A DNA stretch of 64,000 nt. It comes from Armatimonadota bacterium. Its GTDB lineage: Bacteria > Armatimonadota > UBA5829 > DTLH01. The position numbers and the translations under genes are program-made. This document shows positions 47,364 to 57,621 of this stretch, piece by piece. A model generated the notes under the pieces. The model did no database searches and was not told the origin of the DNA. It worked only from the letters and a program-made list of their open reading frames with translations. The DNA is taken from assembly GCA_038207085.1 (NCBI GenBank), contig JBBRAE010000007.1:64655-128654 (forward strand). Direction: 5' to 3'. How positions within the stretch are numbered: the first letter of the stretch is position 1; each line of letters opens with the position of its first letter.

Positions 47364-48608
47364 TTACCTCGACCATAACCTCGGTAAGCGACGACGCCAT
47401 TCCTCAGGAAGAACCTTCTCAAAGGCATCGTCGATAGTAACAATTCCCTGCATCCTGTTCTCGTCGTCCACGACGGGAAGAGCAAGCAGACTATAATCCT
47501 CCATAGACTGCGCGATGTCTTGAATCGTCGCGCTGACGTGGACGTGAATGACGTGTTTGACGGCAAACTCACCAACCGGCGTATCCGGCTGAGCGATGAT
47601 GAGGTCACGCAGCGATATGACCCCCACCAGCCTCTCGTTTTCGTCCAGTGCAAATATATAGTAAATCGTCTCCGCCTCAGGCCCTACTTCCCTCAGGTAG
47701 TTGATCACCTGATCGGCAGTCATCTCAGGCTTGACGGCGATAAACTCGGTCGTCATAAGCCCACCGGCGGTCTCGTCTTCGTATTCCAGGAGCTCTTTAA
47801 CGTCTTCGGCGTCCTCGGGCTCCATTTCGCTCAAAATTTCGTCGCGGCGGTCGGCAGGAAGGTCACCGAGAACGTCGGCGGCCTCGTCCGGGTCCATCTC
47901 CTCAAGGATATCGGCGGCGCGCTCTTCATCGAGGCTATCGACGACGGAAGCCTGCACAGCCGGGTCCATCTCAGGAAGCGTTTCAGCCGCAGTCTCGACA
48001 TCCATCGACTCAAAAAGCTCCGTCCGCTGCGCCGGGTCAAGATCGTCGATAATCTTCGCCATATCGGCGGGATGCAGGTGCTCAAGCTTCCCCTTGAGGC
48101 GAATTCTCCCAGTGGAGCGATCAAAAGTCTCTACGTCTGTCCATGATATGATATGCACGTGCGGACGCCAGCGCAGTCGACGGGTCAAGCGGTCGAGCGC
48201 GACCTCCAGGCCAAGCCGTCGCAGCAGCCCGCGCATCCCCGTGTCGACCCCAACAAGAAACAGAAGCCCGTTCGACATCTCCAGGCGCACATCGTTCACC
48301 CGAACGACCCTGTAGTCGTGAATGTCTACGATCTGCTTGTCGAGCAGGTCCTGTTTAAGATAAATATCCTCATCACCGGGCTTATAAGCCGGTATATCGT
48401 CCTTAGCGACAGAGAGCCTGAGTTCTCGCTCGACGATATCGACCAGGTTCCAGGGCACTGAGATCGTCTCGTTCCTCGCAGTAGAGACGACAGCAGCCGT
48501 CACCACGGGAAACTGCGATCCAGGCGTTACGATGAGGTCAGAGATCGACCCGACCATCTCCCCCGCGGAGTCATCCACAGTCCAATTTATCATTTCAGAC
48601 AAAAACAT
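47364..48608 (-). CDS. MgtE-like soluble protein (PRC-barrel, MgtE_N, CBS pair) without TM domain
   Basis: DLLDKQIVD, LHPADMA, YEDETAGGLMTTE, CBS motifs. Confidence 0.88.
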   Translation of the reverse strand: MFLSEMINWTVDDSAGEMVGSISDLIVTPGSQFPVVTAAVVSTARNETISVPWNLVDIVERELRLSVAKDDIPAYKPGDEDIYLKQDLLDKQIVDIHDYRVVRVNDVRLEMSNGLLFLVGVDTGMRGLLRRLGLEVALDRLTRRLRWRPHVHIISWTDVETFDRSTGRIRLKGKLEHLHPADMAKIIDDLDPAQRTELFESMDVETAAETLPEMDPAVQASVVDSLDEERAADILEEMDPDEAADVLGDLPADRRDEILSEMEPEDAEDVKELLEYEDETAGGLMTTEFIAVKPEMTADQVINYLREVGPEAETIYYIFALDENERLVGVISLRDLIIAQPDTPVGEFAVKHVIHVHVSATIQDIAQSMEDYSLLALPVVDDENRMQGIVTIDDAFEKVLPEEWRRRLPRLWSR

Positions 48609-49055
48609 TGCTTAATTCACACCAGTGTCGGATCAACTAGAATCAGTAATATTGGTAGTCGTTGCATCGAAGCCTCTGCACACGAAACCCCCGTCGGGGC
48701 GTCAGTGAAAATGAGTTAAGCGTGCACCCAGTGTTATGCGCAATTTCCAAGCTCAAACCGCAGACATACTTTACGCTCTGAGAGGCCAAATGTCAAGCCT
48801 GAGTGCCGACCTAAGAGCCCGTGTAAGCAGGCACAAACAACAATTATATGAAAGCGCGGCGTGAAATTTAGTTGACAATCACCTCCTAACGTGGTATCAA
48901 TGCAGTGTGGGAGAGTCGGATGATCGCCAAGGTCTCGAGAAACTTGATCTTCCGGCAATCCCACACTACTTCTATACCTCGCTTAATATCCCCACGCCCT
49001 TGACGATGCCCCCGGCAACTGTTACAGTGATCGTACGCAAACCTCGGAGGTCACC

Positions 49056-50447
49056 TTGATCACAATGAAACGTAGTGCTCTAACTCTTGCCCTGGTAAGC
49101 CTTTGTGCAACGGCAGCGCTCGCCACTGTCAAACCTCATGCTCTTTTCTCAAACGATGCTATACTCCAGCAAGGGATGCCCGTCCCGGTGTGGGGCACAG
49201 CGAACGACGGTGAAAAGGTCACAGTTGAGTTCAAGGAACAAACGGTCTCAACTGTCGCAGCAGGCGGCAGGTGGATGGTGAAACTCCAGCCTATGAAGGC
49301 AGCCGGGCCGTCTGTCATGAAGATTTCCGGCACCAACACCATTGAGATCAAGAATGTTCAGATCGGCGAGGTCTGGGTATGCAGCGGGCAATCGAATATG
49401 GATTGGCCGCTCCGGCAGACAGTGGGCGGAGAAGACGCATGTGAATCGAGCACGGATATTGGTGTCAGCCTTTTCCGGGTGCCCAACGTGAAAAAGAGTG
49501 TGCCAGCGAGAGACATTGCAGCCACTTGGCAAAACTGCAACGCGGATACCAGTGCACGCTTTTCCGCAGTTGGCTACTACTTCGGTCGAGAACTCAGGAA
49601 GTCGCTTGGCGTTCCGATCGGTCTGATCCACTGCGCTTGGGGAGGAAGTCCTGCACAGGCATGGACAAGCAAGGTCGATATCAAGGCCAATCCCCAGCTT
49701 TCGGGGTATCTCGACACGTCCAGCACGATGTACAACGGTATGGTCCGCCCGATGCAGCCGTTTGCTATCCGCGGAGTCATCTGGTACCAGGGTGAGTCAA
49801 ACGCTGGAGACGCCTGGTACTACAGGACGCTTTTCCCAACGATGATCAGCTGCTGGCGCAAGGACTGGGGACAGGGGGACTTCCCGTTCCTGTTCGTGCA
49901 GCTTGCACCATATATGAAGATTGTCACAGAACCAACGGAGAGCAACTGGGCAGAGCTTCGAGAGGCCCAGCTTATGACGACCAAGACCGTCCCGAACACC
50001 GCAATGGCCGTCATCACCGATGTCGGCGATGAAAACGACATCCACCCCCAGCAAAAAGAGCCCGTTGGCTCAAGACTCGCTCTCGCCGCTCGCGCGATGG
50101 TCTACGGTCAGAAGGTCGAGTACCGCTCCCCTACATACAAGTCGCTCAAGATCGACAACAACCGCGCCATCGTAAGCTTTAGTGACGCCCGAGGCGGGCT
50201 CGTCCTAAAGGGCGATAGGGTAACGGAGTTCACTATCTGCGGGCCTGACCACAAGTTCTACAACGCCGACGCGACAATCAAAGGCAACCAGGTAGTCGTT
50301 TCAAGCCCAAGCGTGGCCCACCCCGTCGCAGTCCGCTACGGCTGGGCGAACTACCCGCTTGTGAACCTGTACAGCAAGGCCAATCTCCCTGCATCGCCGT
50401 TCAGGACAGACGACTTCCTGATCACTACCGCGCCAAAGCCGGAGTAA
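49056..50447 (+). CDS. Sialate O-acetylesterase (SASA) family secreted esterase
   Basis: GEVWVCSGQSNM, WYQGESN, DIHP, VRYGW. Confidence 0.92.
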   Translation: MITMKRSALTLALVSLCATAALATVKPHALFSNDAILQQGMPVPVWGTANDGEKVTVEFKEQTVSTVAAGGRWMVKLQPMKAAGPSVMKISGTNTIEIKNVQIGEVWVCSGQSNMDWPLRQTVGGEDACESSTDIGVSLFRVPNVKKSVPARDIAATWQNCNADTSARFSAVGYYFGRELRKSLGVPIGLIHCAWGGSPAQAWTSKVDIKANPQLSGYLDTSSTMYNGMVRPMQPFAIRGVIWYQGESNAGDAWYYRTLFPTMISCWRKDWGQGDFPFLFVQLAPYMKIVTEPTESNWAELREAQLMTTKTVPNTAMAVITDVGDENDIHPQQKEPVGSRLALAARAMVYGQKVEYRSPTYKSLKIDNNRAIVSFSDARGGLVLKGDRVTEFTICGPDHKFYNADATIKGNQVVVSSPSVAHPVAVRYGWANYPLVNLYSKANLPASPFRTDDFLITTAPKPE

Positions 50448-50451
50448 CAAC

Positions 50452-51777
50452 ATGAAAGTCCGTATCATCCTCATCTCTCTGTTGATCGCCGCAAGCTGCG
50501 GGATGGCTCACGGCATCCCGCGCCGAGCGGTCTCGCTTCGGGTGCTCCAGTCGACTTTGAAGTCAGGCGGCTCCGAGCAGGCGATGAGGATGTGCGGCAT
50601 CACCAAAATATCAGGCTACATAGTAGACCCTGGCACACACGACATTATCCTATTCGGCGAGGTCGACAAATCGCTTCCCGCGCTCAACTTCGACGACTTC
50701 GTGGTGGCTCTTAGAAACGCCTGGTATGTCTACGGCCAGACAAGGGGCAACACCCGCTATTACTCGGCCCCAGGCTGCTCAATCGACCCGATCCCCAACA
50801 CACTGCGCGAACTCGCGGGCGCAAGCAACAAAATATCACAAGCCACCACGCCAGAAGAACGCGCCACAGCCATCCAGACATGGAAAGCCATCGGGCACAA
50901 GCCCCAAAACGTGCGAGTGATGGGGGTTCCCTTTGACTCCCGCTTCGCCCGCGTAATGGTCGACGCCGATTTCTATATGAAGCGCCTGGCAAACGGCACC
51001 GTCAGCCTCCAAATCAACGGTTTCCAGAGCATGACTGAAATGCTTCTGGGTCAAGCGCGCCTTGCTATGGCAAGCGGTGAGTCGGTCGACACCGGCCAGA
51101 CCATGAACCGGTTCTGGTTCTGCCCCGGCGACACGACGTTCTCTGGCGAAGACGGCGTAGTAGCCCTTCGCACCTGCCCCGTGAAGCTCCTAACCGAAGA
51201 GCAGTTCCTCTCGACTAGCGGCGTCGAGGGCTACGGCCGCCCGAACCCCACCGCCCAGCGCTTCGCCGACGGATTCACGCTGCACTACAAAGAGATCAGC
51301 GCCGCCCGGCCAATCTACCACGAACTCCAGGGCCTCTTCCGCCTCGCCGCGATCGCCCGGCTGATGAAAGACGAACGCGCCGCTGAGACATCGGGCTTCG
51401 ACATGCGTTACCTGCTCTACAACCGCCCAGTCGCCGTCACTCCCGTAAGCCGCGCCGTAACCGGCCTCGCCGACTTCCAGGAGCTCACCGATGACCGGCG
51501 AGTAGGCGAGGAAATCCACACATCGTTCTACTGGCACATGACATGCGGCGGGGTCAGTATGGACATTCGACCAAGACGCGTCGCGACCAAACCCAAACGC
51601 GCCCTAACCCAGGCCAGCACACAAACCGCCAATCCAAAGGCCACGGGCAATCCCAAGCGAACCCACACGCTCCGCGCAAGTTCGCCCGCACCCAGGCCCA
51701 CAGGAGTAAAGAGAGCTGTCCTAAACGCCCGCAAGTCCGGCAACGCCCTCTACTGGGACGTTCCGGAAGTCGACTGA
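50452..51777 (+). CDS. Secreted hypothetical protein, DUF1598-like
   Basis: Signal peptide; PGCSIDP, FARVMVDADFYMKR, RFWF (family recalled from memory). Confidence 0.55.
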   Translation: MKVRIILISLLIAASCGMAHGIPRRAVSLRVLQSTLKSGGSEQAMRMCGITKISGYIVDPGTHDIILFGEVDKSLPALNFDDFVVALRNAWYVYGQTRGNTRYYSAPGCSIDPIPNTLRELAGASNKISQATTPEERATAIQTWKAIGHKPQNVRVMGVPFDSRFARVMVDADFYMKRLANGTVSLQINGFQSMTEMLLGQARLAMASGESVDTGQTMNRFWFCPGDTTFSGEDGVVALRTCPVKLLTEEQFLSTSGVEGYGRPNPTAQRFADGFTLHYKEISAARPIYHELQGLFRLAAIARLMKDERAAETSGFDMRYLLYNRPVAVTPVSRAVTGLADFQELTDDRRVGEEIHTSFYWHMTCGGVSMDIRPRRVATKPKRALTQASTQTANPKATGNPKRTHTLRASSPAPRPTGVKRAVLNARKSGNALYWDVPEVD

Positions 51778-51802
51778 GCCACCGAAACGCCCGTTCGACA
51801 GC

Positions 51803-51832
51803 TTGACAATCAGACGTTATCTGATATAAAAT
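51803..51832 (+). promoter_or_regulatory. Sigma70 promoter of the tRNA gene
   Basis: TTGACA-18 nt-TAAAAT just upstream of the tRNA. Confidence 0.7.
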
Positions 51833-51844
51833 GTTTGTTGTTAT

Positions 51845-51919
51845 GCCCTCGTAGCTCAGTGGATAGAGCACCGGCCTCCGAAGCCGGTGGCGGAGGTTCG
51901 ATCCCTCTCGAGGGCGCCA
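51845..51919 (+). tRNA. tRNA-Arg(CCG)
   Basis: GCCCTCG acceptor stem, D-arm TAGCTCAGTGGATAGAGC, anticodon stem CCGGC-CTCCGAA-GCCGG, GGTTCGA T-loop, encoded CCA. Confidence 0.97.
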
Positions 51920-52053
51920 TAATTGAGAGTCTTCGGGCCCCAGGTTGGGGCCTTTCCATTGTCTACCAACAAGGATAGCTCCAGCCCCGACGCTACCCGT
52001 GTGTCGCGAATAATGTCACGAAACTCTGACGACCGAACGACAACAATAAGCAC

Positions 52054-53184
52054 ATGGTAGACACATTCGAGACAATTATATACCGCCAGAAACAGGCGCT
52101 CCATTCGTGGAAGACTTCGATCGTCCCCGACGCGGGGCTACTCACGCCTGAGATAGAAGATCAGGTATGGGAACTCCTCGTGCTGTGCGCCGACAACCTC
52201 AAGTCGCCGTCTCTGGACACCGACGAAGAGATTTCGCGAGTCGCCTATGATCTCGGCGTTGAGCTTCTACCGAAAGCCGACATCCGCAAGATCAACTCCA
52301 TATTTCGCGACAAACTGATCGATGCAGTCCTCCGGCACGTAAAGACCGACGACACCGCCCTAAAGCAAATGATCCACTTCGCAAACCTCGTCTCGGACGC
52401 CTTCGCGGACGCGAGTTCTGACCGGCTGCGAAGAACAATCAGCCGCCAGCGGACCCTGCGCCTCGCCGAAGAGCTCCACATGGCAAAAGCGATCCAGGAG
52501 AAACTGCTCCCGAAGAGTATCCCGCACATACCCGGGTTCCAGGTCGCGGGACGGGTTATCCCCGCCTTTGAGGTCGGAGGCGACTACTGGAGCGTCAAAT
52601 ACTACCCGGACGACAACCGCGTCACGATGAAGCTCGCCGACATATCCGGCCACGGCATAGCGGCTGCGACGCTCGTCGCAGCGGTAAAGTTCATCTCAGG
52701 TGGCTATTACCGAGCCGCAAGCACCGCGCACGAGGTGATAGAGCGAACCAACAGAGTACTCGTGATGGAGACCCCGGTCGAGATACTCGTCACGATGGTC
52801 TACGCCTGGCTTTATCCCGACACCCGGGAGATCGAGGTCGTCAACTCAGGCCACACCCCTGTCTTTATCTGCCGGGAGAACACATGCGAGGATATACCGG
52901 TCACCGGCCCGGTTCTCGGCGTCGCGATCACGGAGTACGGCGAGCACAAGTATCAACTCAACACTGGGGACATATTCTTTGTAGGCTCGGACGGAATCAC
53001 CGAAGCTGGGGCAGGCGAGGCATTTGGTGAAGCTCGGCTGAAAGAGGTTGTTGTTGCGAACAAAGACAAAACTGCCGACGAGATCGCCGATGCTGTGATC
53101 GAAGCCGTCACAAGCTACGCTGGGCAGCCCCACGACGATGTTTCGCTTGTAGTGCTGAAGGCAGTCGATGCGCCAACTGGTTAG
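52054..53184 (+). CDS. PP2C/SpoIIE (RsbU-like) phosphatase with N-terminal sensor domain
   Basis: AKAIQEKLLP, VGGDY, ADISGHG, SDGITE, DDVS. Confidence 0.92.
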   Translation: MVDTFETIIYRQKQALHSWKTSIVPDAGLLTPEIEDQVWELLVLCADNLKSPSLDTDEEISRVAYDLGVELLPKADIRKINSIFRDKLIDAVLRHVKTDDTALKQMIHFANLVSDAFADASSDRLRRTISRQRTLRLAEELHMAKAIQEKLLPKSIPHIPGFQVAGRVIPAFEVGGDYWSVKYYPDDNRVTMKLADISGHGIAAATLVAAVKFISGGYYRAASTAHEVIERTNRVLVMETPVEILVTMVYAWLYPDTREIEVVNSGHTPVFICRENTCEDIPVTGPVLGVAITEYGEHKYQLNTGDIFFVGSDGITEAGAGEAFGEARLKEVVVANKDKTADEIADAVIEAVTSYAGQPHDDVSLVVLKAVDAPTG

Positions 53185-54100
53185 CCTGGTTCTCGCTCTC
53201 ACACTAATCTCCGGGCTTGCGTTCGCACAAGGGCCCAGACTCACGGCAATCGTCCACACAGAGCATTTCATAGTCCACTGCGAGCCGAACATGGCAAACA
53301 CCGCCGAGATCATCGCAAGCGACAGCGAATACTGGATAGGCGATATATCCCGCCGCCTCGACGCCCGAAGCTACCTCAAGCCCAGAATCCCGATGTTCAT
53401 CTACCGCAACCAGGGGGATTTCGAGAAGGCGACGGGGCAGCACAGACCGGGCATGGTCCTCGGGCGTGCCTCGTCTGAAGGTTATGTGGAGCTTGACGCG
53501 TCCGGCATATTCGCGCCCGCGCAGCAGATCGCAGGTCACGAGATAACCCACGTCCTGATCTTCAGAATCCTCGCGCCTGACCCAATGAGCCTCCCGCTTT
53601 GGGCAAACGAGGGTATCGCCAAATATATGACCGACGACTGGTCCCAGTCCGACCGCGATCTGCTCGCCGAAGCAACGATCGCAGGCGACTTGCTGCCACT
53701 CCAGTCCATCTCCCGGCAGTTCCCCGACGGCCAGGCGCAGAGCCTCGCCTACGCGCAGGGCGCGTCAGCGATCAAGTTTCTCACAGACCGCTGGGGCGAA
53801 AAATCAATCGCCAAACTAGTCCACGCGACCGCCAAAACAGGCTCTTTTGATCGAGCGATGCGAAACACAACAGGTCTGACCACCAAGCAGTTCGAGCAGC
53901 AGTGGCAAACAAGCATCGAAGGCCGCTTCGGCATCGCGAAGATACTCCGAATCGCCCGAATCATCACCGCAATCGCAATGCCCCTTCTAATTATCCTGGC
54001 CTACCTCAATTCCCGGCGCAAACGCAGGCGCGCACTCGAACGCTACAGACTCGAAGAGTGGGAGGAAGCCAACTGGAGAGATTGGGGAGGAACACCTTGA
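53168..54100 (+). CDS. Membrane-anchored gluzincin (peptidase MA-like) metallopeptidase
   Basis: HEITH...PLWANEGIA; signal peptide and C-terminal TM. Confidence 0.8.
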   Translation: MRQLVSLVLALTLISGLAFAQGPRLTAIVHTEHFIVHCEPNMANTAEIIASDSEYWIGDISRRLDARSYLKPRIPMFIYRNQGDFEKATGQHRPGMVLGRASSEGYVELDASGIFAPAQQIAGHEITHVLIFRILAPDPMSLPLWANEGIAKYMTDDWSQSDRDLLAEATIAGDLLPLQSISRQFPDGQAQSLAYAQGASAIKFLTDRWGEKSIAKLVHATAKTGSFDRAMRNTTGLTTKQFEQQWQTSIEGRFGIAKILRIARIITAIAMPLLIILAYLNSRRKRRRALERYRLEEWEEANWRDWGGTP

Positions 54101-54479
54101 CGCGCCACGTCCCACAAAACCGCCGATACACCATGCTTGGAAAAAGGTGTCTTGGAAGCAACTTAACTGTGCCGCGTAGACGTGACAGAGCGCTGTGTCT
54201 CGAACACCGGGACACGCACTTCTGACGTGGCTATTTGTTTAGGAACTCAGGCTATGACGGGCACGACCGCAAAGCCTAACTGCATCGCTTTCTTGTGCAG
54301 GAGCGATATCTGTCGCTTGTGGTATTTCTCGTCGTGTGCCCGTTCACCCATTTCGACGTAGGAAATAAGGGGAAATAAGGGGACTGAGCCCTTTTCCGCA
54401 CAGCCGTCGATTCACCGGCCACAACCCCTTTTCGTGTCCTTCGCGCCGTTTCGTGCCCTTCGTGGTTCAAAAAGCCCCG

Positions 54480-55286
54480 TCAGTGATAGTAATTCTGCCG
54501 ATTCTGCTCCATATCGACCACGGTATCAAACTCCATCTGCCGAAGCGCCATCGTACCAGCGTAACTAAGCACAAACCCCCGCTCGGCGATCGCCATTTCG
54601 GGGTCGCGAATCAGCTTTGCGTGGAAGAGCCCATCGTCCTCGGCGAGCATCGCTATCTGACGAAGCTGCAGCCCATCGAGCACCATCACCGCCTGTCCGG
54701 CGGCCTCTGACATCTCGCCGTCGGGCTCCATCTCGATCACGCGGGTAAACTCCTCGATCGCCCGCGCGCAGTCGCCCTTCTGCTGAAGCAGCACCGCCCG
54801 CTTGAAGTGGTTCGTGGAGTCAGTCGGGTTCAGATGAATAAGCTTGGTCGTGATCCGAAGCGCCTTGTCAAAATATCCCTGCTGAAGATACGCGAGCCCG
54901 AGCACGTCAAGCGCGAGCACGCTCTTCGGCTGGCTTTTCAGTATGCGCTGGCACTCCACAATCGCCGCATCGAGCCTGCCGTACTCGATGTACATCTGCA
55001 AGAGCGCCTCCTGACAAGCCGAATCTTCCGGGTCGAGCTCACACGCACGCTTGACCGCCTCAAGCGCTGGCTCGATCATATGCTGGGCGCGATAGAGTTC
55101 GGCAAGCATCAGGCAGTAGCTAGCCTTATCCGGCGCGATCTCCATCGCCTTTTGCAGCGACTCGATAGCCTCAGGATACTGTCCCCCCCGCTCAAGCTGC
55201 CGCGCGCGCCTGATATAGGCCGACTCACGTCCCCTGCGACCTGCATTTCCTGCGTTATCCGTCTGTCCATCACGTGCTATGGTCAT
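54480..55286 (-). CDS. Tetratricopeptide repeat protein
   Basis: Repeated TPR-like helices (A..L..G.Y..A...). Confidence 0.85.
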   Translation of the reverse strand: MTIARDGQTDNAGNAGRRGRESAYIRRARQLERGGQYPEAIESLQKAMEIAPDKASYCLMLAELYRAQHMIEPALEAVKRACELDPEDSACQEALLQMYIEYGRLDAAIVECQRILKSQPKSVLALDVLGLAYLQQGYFDKALRITTKLIHLNPTDSTNHFKRAVLLQQKGDCARAIEEFTRVIEMEPDGEMSEAAGQAVMVLDGLQLRQIAMLAEDDGLFHAKLIRDPEMAIAERGFVLSYAGTMALRQMEFDTVVDMEQNRQNYYH

Positions 55287-56338
55287 CTATTCTCCCGCGC
55301 AAGTGGAAGCGCAACAGGCTTCCCGGTCCTTGCCGATTCATATATCGCGAGCACAAGCTCGACTGCGTTTCTAGCCTCTTCACCCGTAACAAGCGGGTCA
55401 CGGTCTTCACGTATCGCCCGCACCAGGTCTTCCACCTGCGCTGTGTGCCCAGCAATAGCGACCGAAGTCGGCGCAGACCACGCCGTCCCAAGCTTGATAT
55501 CAACCCCGCCGTCCCCGGTCTCGCTTGCGTCGTCTTCGCCCGGAACGCTCCACTCAACGATCCTCTCGCCTTCGATTCGGATCATCCCCAACTCCCCGTG
55601 GAACTCCATCCTGTGCTCCATCGGAGGGGTAACGACGGTCGTTCCCTCGATCACCCCAAGCGCGCCGCTTTTGAACTTTACCACGGCAACCGCGGTGTCT
55701 TCCACTTCAATATTCCGTACAAGATTGTCAGCGTAAGCAAACACGCTCTCGACCGGCCCCATAGTCCAGAGTAGCACGTCGAGCATATGAACGCCCTGGT
55801 TCATAAGCGCCCCGCCGCCGTCAAGCGCCCATGTGCCTCGCCAGTCCGCGGAGTCATAATACTCCTGCCCCCGGTGGTATTTCAGATACGCGTCGCCGAT
55901 CAGCATCCGCCCGAGTTTCCCTGACTGAACCGTCCGGCTAACCCTGTTCCAAAGCTGCGAAGCCCTTCTCTGAAAGATAACCTCAAGCTTGACACCTGAC
56001 TGCCGGCACGCGCGAATCATCCCGTCCATCGCGCCGACCGATACGTCCATAGGCTTCTCTGAAAGCACGTGCTTACCCGCCCTGGCCGCCTCGACTGCGA
56101 TCTCGGAGTGTATCCCCGAAGGCGTGCAGATCGTCACCGCGTCAACCTCGGAGTCCGCAAGCAAATCCCGATAGTCGATATACGCGCGAACCCCGTCCCG
56201 TGCAAGCTTCTCCGCCTTCTCGGGAACGCAGTCACAGACCGCAACAAGCTTCGCGCCCTCGGCTGCCTCGATCGCCCCAACGTGCCACGGCGCAATGACA
56301 CCACACCCGATAACTCCGAACCTGACCTCGTCTGCCAA
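55283..56338 (-). CDS. Gfo/Idh/MocA family oxidoreductase
   Basis: GVIGCGVI, SEKP, WRGTWALDGGGALMNQGVH. Confidence 0.92.
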   Translation of the reverse strand: MADEVRFGVIGCGVIAPWHVGAIEAAEGAKLVAVCDCVPEKAEKLARDGVRAYIDYRDLLADSEVDAVTICTPSGIHSEIAVEAARAGKHVLSEKPMDVSVGAMDGMIRACRQSGVKLEVIFQRRASQLWNRVSRTVQSGKLGRMLIGDAYLKYHRGQEYYDSADWRGTWALDGGGALMNQGVHMLDVLLWTMGPVESVFAYADNLVRNIEVEDTAVAVVKFKSGALGVIEGTTVVTPPMEHRMEFHGELGMIRIEGERIVEWSVPGEDDASETGDGGVDIKLGTAWSAPTSVAIAGHTAQVEDLVRAIREDRDPLVTGEEARNAVELVLAIYESARTGKPVALPLARENR

Positions 56339-56414
56339 AACTTACCTTCCGACCTATTTGGAGTGCGGCATCTCGATGCCACTTTGTCTAATTCCGACTG
56401 TGTCTATATATCTA

Positions 56415-57494
56415 TTATATCCGAAATTCCACATCTATGTGCTTAGCCGCGTACATTCCAGCAAGCTTATCAGCAAGAGACCGCATCCCCGGGGCTTCGG
56501 TGTAGTAGTGGCTGGCATCGATCACCGCAAGCCCAAGCGCATCTGCCCCGAGCATATCGTGATGCCCCACATCCCCCGTCACATAAACGTCAGCCCCGGC
56601 GGCTTTCGCATCCCGAATAAGCGACCGTCCCGAGCCTCCACAGAGCGCCACGGTCCGAATAACTCTATCCACGTCCCCAATCATCCGAGTTTCAGTGTAC
56701 CCAAGCGACTCCTCAACGACCCCGCGAAACTCCCGAAGCGTCATGGCGCGCTCAAGCGTCCCCACCCTGCCGTAGCCATGCCCCAAGGGCGTGTTCTCAA
56801 GCGCGACGATATCATAGGCGACCTCTTCATAGGGATGCACCCCGAGCATCGAGCTAACAACACTCTCAAGCTTCCACTCCGGCACAATCATCTCCAGCCG
56901 AAACTCGCGCGCCTCCTCAAGCCGCCCCACCTCTCCAACATAGGGGTCAGCCCCCGCAAGCGGCAGAAACGTCCCCATCCCCGCCGACCTGAAACTGCAG
57001 TGCGAATACTTGCCGATGTGCCCAGCTCCGGCCTCCGCCATCGCGTCGCGCACCGCGTCGCAAGACTCCTCAGGCACATACACAACGAGCTTCATCAGCC
57101 TCTCAGGCCGCCGAACAGCAAGCAGCCGAGTCTCCCGCACACCGAGCCGATCGGCCAAAACATCGTTTATCCCGCCCTCGGCTGCGTCGTAGTTGGTGTG
57201 CATCACATAAGCCGCCGTCCCCCCGGAGATGAGCCGCACGAGTATATCGGCCAACGGATCCCCAGTCGCAAGCGAAGCAACGGGCGTAAATATCAGAGGA
57301 TGATGCAGCACGAGAAGCTCAGCTCCCGAGTCGACCGCGAAGTCGACAACCGCCCGGGTAGGGTCAACCGCACAGACGATGCGCGAGACTTCTCTTTCTG
57401 AGTCCCCGACCTGCAGCCCGATCTTGTCCCCTTCGTCGGCCAATACCGCAGGAGCAATCACTTCCAAATCTCTTATAATATCCCTGATCTTCAA
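56415..57494 (-). CDS. Nif3-like dinuclear metal protein (YqfO-type with PII-like insert)
   Basis: GLQVG, HHPLIF, HTNYD, HPYEEVAYD, TGD, HYYTE. Confidence 0.93.
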   Translation of the reverse strand: MKIRDIIRDLEVIAPAVLADEGDKIGLQVGDSEREVSRIVCAVDPTRAVVDFAVDSGAELLVLHHPLIFTPVASLATGDPLADILVRLISGGTAAYVMHTNYDAAEGGINDVLADRLGVRETRLLAVRRPERLMKLVVYVPEESCDAVRDAMAEAGAGHIGKYSHCSFRSAGMGTFLPLAGADPYVGEVGRLEEAREFRLEMIVPEWKLESVVSSMLGVHPYEEVAYDIVALENTPLGHGYGRVGTLERAMTLREFRGVVEESLGYTETRMIGDVDRVIRTVALCGGSGRSLIRDAKAAGADVYVTGDVGHHDMLGADALGLAVIDASHYYTEAPGMRSLADKLAGMYAAKHIDVEFRI

Positions 57495-57621
57495 ACTAAC
57501 TCACCTCGATTGACCATTAGCGATTAGCCTCGTGTTTTCCTCCCCAAACCCGTCGCAAACATTAGCCCCCAGATAACTTGCGTGAAATCTCCCTGTAGCT
57601 TCATATGCCTACAATACAGAT

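Noticed and set aside
48920..49010. yybP-ykoY (Mn) or M-box riboswitch upstream of the metal transporter genes
   Set aside because: A GAGACCTT segment and P1-like pairing exist on the minus strand, but the GGGGAGTA strand and P3/L3 are missing; no M-box consensus was seen.
51845..52050. Integrative element at tRNA-Arg
   Set aside because: No integrase and no duplicated tRNA 3' end seen in the window.
54358..54470. GGAAATAAGG duplication and TTCGTG-type short repeats
   Set aside because: Short low-complexity intergenic repeats with no regular spacing and no associated gene; not an array.
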